Shown: positions 40,001 through 47,040 of the stretch, piece by piece | How the letters are laid out: every line of letters starts with the position of its first letter | Numbering within the stretch: the first letter of the stretch is position 1 | DNA from: Verrucomicrobiota bacterium | GTDB lineage: Bacteria; Verrucomicrobiota; Verrucomicrobiia; Limisphaerales; J093 | NCBI GenBank assembly: GCA_016871715.1 | Contig: VHCO01000002.1 | Span: forward strand, 13,771-77,770 | Direction: 5' to 3' | DNA length: 64,000 nucleotides | Program-made: the position numbers and the translations under genes | Notes under the pieces: model-generated | Told to the model about the DNA's origin: nothing | The model's database searches: none | The model's input: only the letters and a program-made list of their open reading frames with translations

Positions 40001-43000
40001 ACCGGGTGGACAGTGCCGCCGCGGCGTTCGACGGTGACGGCGACGATGCGGGCGTATTCGTCGACGAGGTACGTGCTCGAGGCGAATTGGACATCGCAAT
40101 CGTCCTCGACGATGAGCAAGCCGGCGGTGGACTGCGTGCCGAGCATGGCGCTGCCGGTGACGTTGGTGAGGGAGAGGGCCACCAACTCGTTGGTCTCGAT
40201 GATCGTGTCGTTGAGGATTCGGAGGCGGAAGGTGATATTCGTCACGCCCGGCGAGAAAATCAGCGTCACGTTGGTCGCCACAAAGTCCAGACCGTCGGTG
40301 GCGCTGCCGTTGGTTGCCAACAGATCGACCCGGACGAGGTTGGTGATCACGCCGAGGCGGCGGACCTGGAGCCAAGCCAGGCTGACATGCTCGTTGACCC
40401 GGAACAGGGGCTCGGCGAACTCGACCGCGCTGTCGTCATCGAGGATGCTCAAGACCGTCGTGGTCTGCCCACCCAGCGGCGCGCCGCCCGGACCACTCTG
40501 CAAGGTCAAGTTCACCGTCTCCGTGGGCTCGACGATCTGATCGTCCACCAGGGTGACCTCGATTTCCTTGAGGATCTCGCCCTTGAGGAAAGTGAGGGTG
40601 CCGTTGGTGGCAAGGAAGTCGGCGGTGGGCGTGGCGGTGCCACCCGTGACGGCATACTGCACCGTGACCGCCACGTTGGTGCTGCCGGTGCGACGGACGG
40701 GGATACGCCTGAATCCCGCGTTCTCGGCCACCGAATAGGCCGTAGCGGGGAACTCGACGGTCCCGTCGTTGTCGATGATGTTGACGGTCACGGCGCGCGG
40801 GGCACCGATGGTGGCGCCCGGGGCGCCGATGAGGGTGAGGGTGACCGACTCCATAAACTCGGCGGCGGGATCGTCGACGGGGATCACTGCAATCTGGATC
40901 TCGTCCACGCCCACGGGGAAGGTGAAGTCGAAGGGAATCGGCTCGAAATCGCTCCCCATGGTGGCGGACCCGGTAATGTCCAGCTTAACGGCCTGGGTGC
41001 GGTTCGTTGCGCCGGCGCGCTTGAGCAACAGGACGCCCGGTACGGATTTCTCCTCTTCCGCCGTCGTGTTCACGGCCACGAGGGTGACCACGGCGGCGTC
41101 GTCGTCCTTGATGGTGAGAGTGTGAGACTTGTAGACGTCGAAGTAGGCATTCATCGGGGTGCCGATGATGACCTGGTTGGTCACGACTTCATTGGTTTGC
41201 TCGGGTTCACCCGCGGCGTTGGTGATGGTGATGTCGTTGGTGACGACGTAATTGCTGATGAAATAGAACGGCTCGATCAGCGTCAGCACCACGCTGCGGT
41301 CCGGCTGCAGCAGGTCGTTGGTCATGATCGGGAAGACCAACAACTGGGTACGGTTGGTCATCGCGTTCCGGCCCCCGCTCGGGTTGTGCGGGAAGACTAA
41401 CCGACCCGTCGAGGTGTTGTACGGGTAGTCGACCTCGGGCAGGGCACTGCCCCCGGTGACTTTGTAGTCTACCGTCACGTCGTTGTCCTCGGCCGGATTG
41501 GCGCTGACCGAGACGGCCACCAGGGCGGCGCCGGCGCTCTCGATGACCGTCGAGGAGAGGAAGTTGAAGCCAACGCCCGGGACATTGCTTCCGTCGTCGT
41601 CGTCGACGTTAATCCGGGCCTGGAATTGCGGGCCGATGTTGTACTCGGCGCTGGGCAAGATCTCGAGAACTGCGTACTCGACATCTTCGCGAAGCCGGTC
41701 GTTGATCGGGAAGAGCGTCAGGAGAACCCGGGCTTGGCCGGGCGGGATCCGCACCTGAGTGCCGATCCCGGCGTAGTCGCCCAGTTCCTTGGCCGTACCG
41801 CCCATGCGAATCTTGACGAGCAGTTCCTGAGTCAGATCCCCCACGCGCGAGATCTCGAACTCGCCGTTGTCCGAAGGTTCAGCCGCATCGGCATCGGTCG
41901 CGATGACGCGAACGGTGGGCAAACCTTTCTCCTGGATGAAGACGGTGGCGGCGCCCGGCGAACCCACGTTATAGAGGGTGCTGTCGGAGAGGAAAGCCAC
42001 GACCGTCTTGGTGCCTTCCTTGAGCATATTATCTCGCGGGACGACCGTGAACGTGGCCGAGGGTTGGCCGGCGGCGATGGTCACCGTGCCCGGCAGCGCG
42101 CGATAGTCTAGACCGCTGATGGCCGTGCCCGTGACGAGGTAGTTCACGACCAAGGGCCGAGCCATATCCCCGCTGCGGGTGACCTCGAAGACACCGTCGT
42201 CGCCGCCCGCCTCGAGCGCCACCGCATCGATGGCCGCCAGGGTGACTGTCGGCAGGTCGTTATCCAGGATGGTGACCTCTGCGGTGCCGGTGCCCACGCG
42301 GTAAAGGTCATTGGTCAGGACCGTCACCACCACCTTCTCGTGGCCCTCGAGGTAGGCATCCGGCCGCGCTACCAACGGGAGCAGGGCGAGGGTCTCGTTA
42401 GCCCGCAGCGTCACCCGCCGCGGCATGGGTTCGTAATCCGAGCCGTACTCGGCCGTACCGCCGTAGCTCAACTCGACGTCCACGCTGGGGCCTTTGTCTC
42501 CCGCGCGCGTGATGACGAAGAGCGCCGAGTCGTTCGGGTTTTCCGAGGTGGCCTTATCCAGGGCCAGGATCGAGATGATCGGCTGGGTGGCGGGTTGGGC
42601 ACGCAAGAGGATATTGGTCTCGGCCGCGTAGCCGGGGATGTAATCGTTCTGGCGTTGGAACCAGGTGTCTTGACCTTTGACGGCGCGGACCTCCCAACCG
42701 GTGAAGTTGACCCAGTTGGTGTTCGTGACCGTGGTGGTGCCGTCGCTTGAATTGGTCAGTTCCAACCGCATCGCCTGAAGCGGATACATGACCGTCAACC
42801 GGACTTGCCTGTCGTTGGTGGGGGCGGCCCCCGTGGGCGGTGCGATGGTGATGTTGGTGGTGACCGCTCCGGTTGCGAAGGTGACCTGGTAGAACTTGTA
42901 GACGGCGGTGTTGGCGCCGAAGGGGGTCTGGACCGTATTGGTGTGGTTGACGGTGTTGGTGTAGTCCATGTAGTCCCGACCCGCACTGGCATCGCCGCCC

Positions 43001-45666
43001 AGCAAGAACACGGCCGTTAGTTCCCGATTCGTGTCCCCGGTGCGGCGCAGCACGAAGCCACCCGGCGTCTTGGCCACTAAATCCACGTCCTTGTCCTTCT
43101 CGACGGTCACCTTGGGCAGCGGCGTGGCCAAGAACAACACGTTGTCCGCGCCCTGATTCCCCAAGGTCACCGGCAACTCGAAGTTGAACGGGACAATGTC
43201 GTACCCGTTGAGGAACGCTCCGATGGGATGGCCGCCCGCAGGCAGGCCCACGAGGGTATAGGCCCCGTCGCTATCGGTGTAAGTCCACCCGTAGTTGTCG
43301 GCCAGGTCGAACGTGTTGGTTAGCGCGCCATTCGAGATGCGCACGTCGCGCAGCGGTTGGCCGGTGTCCGCAATCACGCGTCCGCTGATGGTGAGGGTGG
43401 TGGGATTGCCCACACGCACCACCAGGTGCTTGCTGGTCATCCCCCCCTTCCGATCGCTGACCTCGCAGCGCACGACATAATCCCCCGCCTGCGTCCAGAT
43501 CTTGCCAGTCGTCGGGGCGTTCGGGGCGAAGGTGCCGTCGCCAAAATCCCAGAAGTAAGCTAACTCGTCTCGGTCCGGATCGGTGCTCTGCGCGGTCAGA
43601 GTCACGGGTGTGCCTGCGGTGGTGCGGTTGGTCGAAGCCGTCAACTGAACGACGGGCGGGGAATTGCCCGGGAAGGGCCCGCGGTTGATGACCACGTCGT
43701 AGTAAAGGTCGCCGCCAGCACCTCCCTTGGCGACCGGCGTAATGTGCACCTCCGCCTCGCGATCGCTAAAGGTGCGGCCGAGGATGAGGGGCGCGTCGTC
43801 CCGGCCCGGCTTCGAGTCGGGCGTGGTATCGAGGAGGTCGCTGTAGCCGAGGCACTGCTGCCAGGCGCCCCACCGCAACTCGACGCCGTTGCGCATCCAC
43901 GGCGTGTCAATCCGACTGCGCACGCTGACCCAGTAACGTCGCAGCGCGTCCTTCTCGGTGGTCATCGCGTAAGCCCGGTTGGTATCCAGGCGGGGCACGT
44001 CGAACGCGTAAATGCGGCTGGTTTGGCTGTGCCGCGCGTCGAGGATATAGGCATTCGGGAGCCAGCCCAGGCGGTTCTTGCCGACGGGGTTGAAGTGGCC
44101 CGTGGCCGCCGAGATGGTCTGACTGCTCGCCCGCGGGTCTTCCCCACCGCCACTGCCCATGATGTCGAAGATGTCGCCATACTCCAGGTCGTCGCCCACT
44201 CCGATGACCGTCTCGTGGCCCACCACGCTGTCCGGGTCGAAGGGGAGGTTGTTCGGGTTGGGCGGGAAGGTGGGCCGGCGCGTATCCCAAAAGTTGGCGT
44301 GGGCAAGCCCGTAATTGTGCCCTAACTCATGAATCACTAGCCCCACCCCGTCGTACTGCAACCAGGCCGTGCCGCCCCCCCCCAAACCACCCCAGTCGAA
44401 CCCAGGCACGGTCGTGTGGCGGATCACGAAGAGGTCGTAGTTCTTGCGGTTGTAACCCACGAGCACGGCGGCCGCCGCTGCGTCACCCGCCAAGGCGCCA
44501 GGCCCCGCAAACGAATAGTACAACTTCGGATGCGGCAACGACACCAGCGGTGCAATGGTCGACATCAGGGCCGTCTTGTTATACGAGGCTTCCACGTAGT
44601 AATCGTTGACCCGTTGCATCGTGTCCGCCGCCGCGGACTCGCTGGTCGGCACCGTGATGTCGTCCGGGAAGATCACCCGCACATACAAGACCTTCTTCGT
44701 CCCCAGACTGTTGATCGGGTTGGCGGGCGGCGGGTTGGTGCCGGTCGTCCCGACTGTCCCCGGCGCAGGCGCGCCCAACAGCGCCCGCGTGTCTTCCGCC
44801 TTTATCAAGGTGGCGCTCAGTTCGCCGAAGTGTGCGCCCGAGCAAAAGGCCAACAGGTCACCCCCAAAATCCGCCCAAACCGTGTCCGCCGTCGCTTCCG
44901 GCACACCGCCACACACGCCGCACCGCGGGGCTGCCGCGCCCTCCGCGGGCCAACTGGCCTTCGCCTCTTCCGGGGCAATCTCGCGCAGCAACTCCTCGTG
45001 CAACGCCATCGCTTGATCGATCGCGATGCCGTGCAACGGCACATCTTTCTGCGACATCTGCGGCACGCGCCGACCGTACACGTAGGCACGGTAGGTCTGC
45101 CGATCCAACGTCACGTACCGAACCGTTCGCCCAGCCGTATGCCGGTGCTCCGGTCCGGGCACGGGCTGCGCGCAATACACCTCCAGATCGCCCCGCCCGC
45201 TCACCACCGTCTCCAACAAAGCCCTAATCTCGGATGGCAACTGCTGGCGCCACCGCCAAGGCACGGTCCGCGTTAGCGCCTCGCGCGGGTTAGTCCGAAT
45301 CTCCTCCGCCAACGCCGCCCGGCGCTCCTCCGCTAAACGCACCCCTTCCGCTAAGGCAGGTCCCCCCCCGCCCCAAACCCGGGCTCGCAGAAAGGCCTCG
45401 GTCCACCGAGCGAAGTCAGCATGAACCGACTCCGGAGCACGCGGTGCGCTCGCCTCCGCGGGGGCCGCCGCAGCCGGCGGCGCCTCCAAACGCTGTGCTG
45501 AATCGACCGTTAGGAGACTGAACGGGGCAACCGCCGGGGCCAGTAGTGAGGGCGGCACGACCGCGGCCGCTTGAGATGGCGGAGAGGGTCGGTCCATCCG
45601 CTGCTGCAACCAGAACAATAAAGCGAGAGCGGCTAACCCTCCGAAAAACCACTTCAGCATTTTCAT
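37069..45666 (-). CDS. Giant (2865 aa) secreted metzincin (M11/gametolysin-like) protease with PKD, Calx-beta, delta-60-type propeller, B-repeat-like and C-terminal domains
   Basis: N-terminal anchor/signal; HELGHNYGLAH zinc motif and EYGDIFDIMG Met-turn; PKD (WDFGDG); many Calx-beta units (V.V.R.G...V.Y.T.DGTA.AG.DY); QPDGKILVGG.F...RLNPDG.LD repeats. Confidence 0.88.
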   Translation of the reverse strand: MKMLKWFFGGLAALALLFWLQQRMDRPSPPSQAAAVVPPSLLAPAVAPFSLLTVDSAQRLEAPPAAAAPAEASAPRAPESVHADFARWTEAFLRARVWGGGGPALAEGVRLAEERRAALAEEIRTNPREALTRTVPWRWRQQLPSEIRALLETVVSGRGDLEVYCAQPVPGPEHRHTAGRTVRYVTLDRQTYRAYVYGRRVPQMSQKDVPLHGIAIDQAMALHEELLREIAPEEAKASWPAEGAAAPRCGVCGGVPEATADTVWADFGGDLLAFCSGAHFGELSATLIKAEDTRALLGAPAPGTVGTTGTNPPPANPINSLGTKKVLYVRVIFPDDITVPTSESAAADTMQRVNDYYVEASYNKTALMSTIAPLVSLPHPKLYYSFAGPGALAGDAAAAAVLVGYNRKNYDLFVIRHTTVPGFDWGGLGGGGTAWLQYDGVGLVIHELGHNYGLAHANFWDTRRPTFPPNPNNLPFDPDSVVGHETVIGVGDDLEYGDIFDIMGSGGGEDPRASSQTISAATGHFNPVGKNRLGWLPNAYILDARHSQTSRIYAFDVPRLDTNRAYAMTTEKDALRRYWVSVRSRIDTPWMRNGVELRWGAWQQCLGYSDLLDTTPDSKPGRDDAPLILGRTFSDREAEVHITPVAKGGAGGDLYYDVVINRGPFPGNSPPVVQLTASTNRTTAGTPVTLTAQSTDPDRDELAYFWDFGDGTFAPNAPTTGKIWTQAGDYVVRCEVSDRKGGMTSKHLVVRVGNPTTLTISGRVIADTGQPLRDVRISNGALTNTFDLADNYGWTYTDSDGAYTLVGLPAGGHPIGAFLNGYDIVPFNFELPVTLGNQGADNVLFLATPLPKVTVEKDKDVDLVAKTPGGFVLRRTGDTNRELTAVFLLGGDASAGRDYMDYTNTVNHTNTVQTPFGANTAVYKFYQVTFATGAVTTNITIAPPTGAAPTNDRQVRLTVMYPLQAMRLELTNSSDGTTTVTNTNWVNFTGWEVRAVKGQDTWFQRQNDYIPGYAAETNILLRAQPATQPIISILALDKATSENPNDSALFVITRAGDKGPSVDVELSYGGTAEYGSDYEPMPRRVTLRANETLALLPLVARPDAYLEGHEKVVVTVLTNDLYRVGTGTAEVTILDNDLPTVTLAAIDAVALEAGGDDGVFEVTRSGDMARPLVVNYLVTGTAISGLDYRALPGTVTIAAGQPSATFTVVPRDNMLKEGTKTVVAFLSDSTLYNVGSPGAATVFIQEKGLPTVRVIATDADAAEPSDNGEFEISRVGDLTQELLVKIRMGGTAKELGDYAGIGTQVRIPPGQARVLLTLFPINDRLREDVEYAVLEILPSAEYNIGPQFQARINVDDDDGSNVPGVGFNFLSSTVIESAGAALVAVSVSANPAEDNDVTVDYKVTGGSALPEVDYPYNTSTGRLVFPHNPSGGRNAMTNRTQLLVFPIMTNDLLQPDRSVVLTLIEPFYFISNYVVTNDITITNAAGEPEQTNEVVTNQVIIGTPMNAYFDVYKSHTLTIKDDDAAVVTLVAVNTTAEEEKSVPGVLLLKRAGATNRTQAVKLDITGSATMGSDFEPIPFDFTFPVGVDEIQIAVIPVDDPAAEFMESVTLTLIGAPGATIGAPRAVTVNIIDNDGTVEFPATAYSVAENAGFRRIPVRRTGSTNVAVTVQYAVTGGTATPTADFLATNGTLTFLKGEILKEIEVTLVDDQIVEPTETVNLTLQSGPGGAPLGGQTTTVLSILDDDSAVEFAEPLFRVNEHVSLAWLQVRRLGVITNLVRVDLLATNGSATDGLDFVATNVTLIFSPGVTNITFRLRILNDTIIETNELVALSLTNVTGSAMLGTQSTAGLLIVEDDCDVQFASSTYLVDEYARIVAVTVERRGGTVHPVDADFASSNLTAIAGKDYLSARGTVSFTGETTVPSPTVPGTVILQPGETNRVLEFRILDDVIGEGNEDFLVALTNARTAATVPAGTVTLGLQTNTVVTIVDNETPGSVDYEFNVGQGPDAPVRSVGVQPDRKIVFGGDFAKVNDVFLSRIARVHEDGYLDSFFNPGAGASAAVLAIAVQPDSRLLVGGNFTQFNGVPANRILRLNADGTADAGFRPGAGADGAVRAIAVAPDGKVVLGGDFNTVAGQGRSGVALLAVDGTLDAAFNPNASGGVLALAAQPDGKILVGGGFTTIAGAQRQRLARLNPDGTLDASFNTDTGPDGPVQAIAVDGLGRILIGGSFNVFNGVDRKRVARLNPDGSLDTAFDPGSGANDVVLGLGVQPDGKVIVGGAFTNFADNARNRLVRLNPNGTIDTGFDIGSGANGIIRALAVQPDTAIVIGGDFTQFKGLPRRYLARIHGDEKFVLNTIQFASAFFRVKENTNEATLTVLRSGDLQLAASVDYATSDGTATAGADYTPATGRLDFAAGETEKTFKVKILDDQLAEGDETVNLVLTNLPLGFALTGTHAAVLTIEDDESAIAFASASYSANENAGVASILVRRSGPSAGTVSVDFSTRDGTAKTGQDYTAVTANLQFVAGETEKTVDLPILDDTDTEEDETVLLELRNAVGAAVLGSQTNAVLTIVDNDRVEFYSLIFTPPFGGSVTPVAGPYPAGSTQVLTASADRDYRFVGWEGTTNSAANPLSVFMDRNYTLTAKFLPTFFVHTFEAPFTSANLAAAPWVNSTTAPWTVQSEVTASGKGALRSGPTSHGEVSALELAVDTRAGAVTFDVRVSSEQGHDWLEFYVNGVQLQRWSGDVPWRNYQFNLAAGRHRLLWRYRKDNNFSAGLDAGFIDNIYLPLDVPDPTPAAAQLTLTIASSGASRIQLTGKVGLRYVLEASPNLQTWTPIATNVLNTTSVIILDQQALNFTQRYYRAVTP

Positions 45667-46045
45667 GAAAATCAGTTCTGTCCGCGGATCTTACCGGTGC
45701 CCTTACAGGCCTGTAAATGCATTTGTCAGCCAGCCCCATGCGTTCCGAGTCCCAAGCAAGGAAGGAGCACGAACGGCCACGTCCGCCATGCGGTTCTGGC
45801 AACCCGCGCCCCACAAGGCGCACGCAAGTTCTCGCCCAGGACCGCAGCCGACAGGGCCCTCGACGAGCATTCCGGCATCCGTCTCCAGCCCCGCACCCTG
45901 AGCCGGCCTGACGCCCCACCCGCCCCCTGACTGCTGCCCGCGCCCAAACCGGAACGGGAAGGGCGACGTTGGATAATAGCAGGGTACGGGCCAGGTCTCG
46001 CGGATCCTTCCCGCCCACCAACTCACCGCGCCTGGCGGCCAGGGC

Positions 46046-46660
46046 TCAGTCGGCGTCTCCCCGCCGCCATTCGATACCGTCCAAATCTAATGCTCGCTCG
46101 ACCTGTCGGGCTGTAACCGATCGCGGGCCCTCGGTCCAGATCACGCGATGCGCCAGGTCCAGCTTCCGCTCGATGGGCCATTGCGCCTGGATGCGTTGCC
46201 GGCATTCCTCGTGGGACCACCCCCGCTCCGCCAACCGCGCCTCTTGGGTCGCGGCGCTGCAAGCCACGCAAAAGATGGTGTCGAACTCCCTCTCCGCCCC
46301 CGTCTCGAACAGCAGCGGAATGACCACCACCCCAGCAGGTTCGCCGGCCCCCCGCCACCGCACCACGACCTCCCCCCAACGCTCGCGAATCCTAGGATGC
46401 AGGATCGCCTCGAGCCGCCCCCGGGCGATCGCGTCGGCAAACACCAACCGCGCCAACTCCGACCGCCGCAGTTGCCCCTCAGCATCGAGCACGCTGGGGC
46501 CAAAGACCCGGGCGATCTCGGCCAACGCAGGTTGCCCCGGGGCGACTGCCTCGTGCGCCAAAGCGTCCGTGTCCACCACCGGCAATCCACGTGCCTGGCA
46601 GCATTTCGCCACGGTGGTTTTTCCCATCCCAACACCGCCCGTTAAACTTATGAGTTTCAT
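46046..46660 (-). CDS. coaE: Dephospho-CoA kinase
   Basis: MKLISLTGGVGMGKTT P-loop, DTDALAH, LEAILHPRI, IPLLFE and RIQAQWP. Confidence 0.95.
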   Translation of the reverse strand: MKLISLTGGVGMGKTTVAKCCQARGLPVVDTDALAHEAVAPGQPALAEIARVFGPSVLDAEGQLRRSELARLVFADAIARGRLEAILHPRIRERWGEVVVRWRGAGEPAGVVVIPLLFETGAEREFDTIFCVACSAATQEARLAERGWSHEECRQRIQAQWPIERKLDLAHRVIWTEGPRSVTARQVERALDLDGIEWRRGDAD

Positions 46661-46765
46661 CTGGGGCACCATCGAGCATGAACGACTCCGGACTTAACCA
46701 GCGCCAGCCACGCCCTGTCCACCCCGATTCCTCGGCCAACCCACGCCCCTCCCTTTGCTCCTATT

Positions 46766-47040
46766 GTGTCAATTATTAATGCCCTGTCACTCTACCCCTA
46801 CCCATACCCACCCACCCCTTCACCTTCACCCCACCCCACCGCCACCACTACCGCAGCAAGGCACGGTAGACCGGATGGCGATGGGGAGTGTCCTGTCAAC
46901 TATTATTGCTCTGTCACGTAGTGTTCGCAGGGGGCCGCCAGGGGCGGTTTGCTGGAACTCTGCGCTACCCTAAACCCCTACCCCTGACCCTTACCCTACC
47001 GCAGCAGGGCGCGGTAGAGCCGGACGGGGAGGGTGGCGGC
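46766..47040. repeat. Degenerate tandem duplication with TGTCAA motif, C-rich (G4-like on minus strand) tract and copy of the adjacent gene end
   Basis: 25-mers at 46766 and 46893 match 21/25. CTACCGCAGCAAGGCACGGTAG (46848) resembles the gene terminus CTACCGCAGCAGGGCGCGGTAG (46996). Confidence 0.7.

Noticed and set aside
2919-45666. Longest-ORF starts for several genes (2919, 14431, 14587, 18000, 18070, 21935, 23798, 27354, 27495, 36806)
   Set aside because: The extensions are low-complexity and precede the recognisable family start or signal peptide; downstream starts were used.
7971-46907. TGTCAA motif as simple sigma70 -35 boxes (TTGACA on the other strand)
   Set aside because: A plausible -10 at 16-18 bp was found only for the 14587 copy. 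Several copies point into gene ends or empty space, and conservation extends beyond the hexamer.
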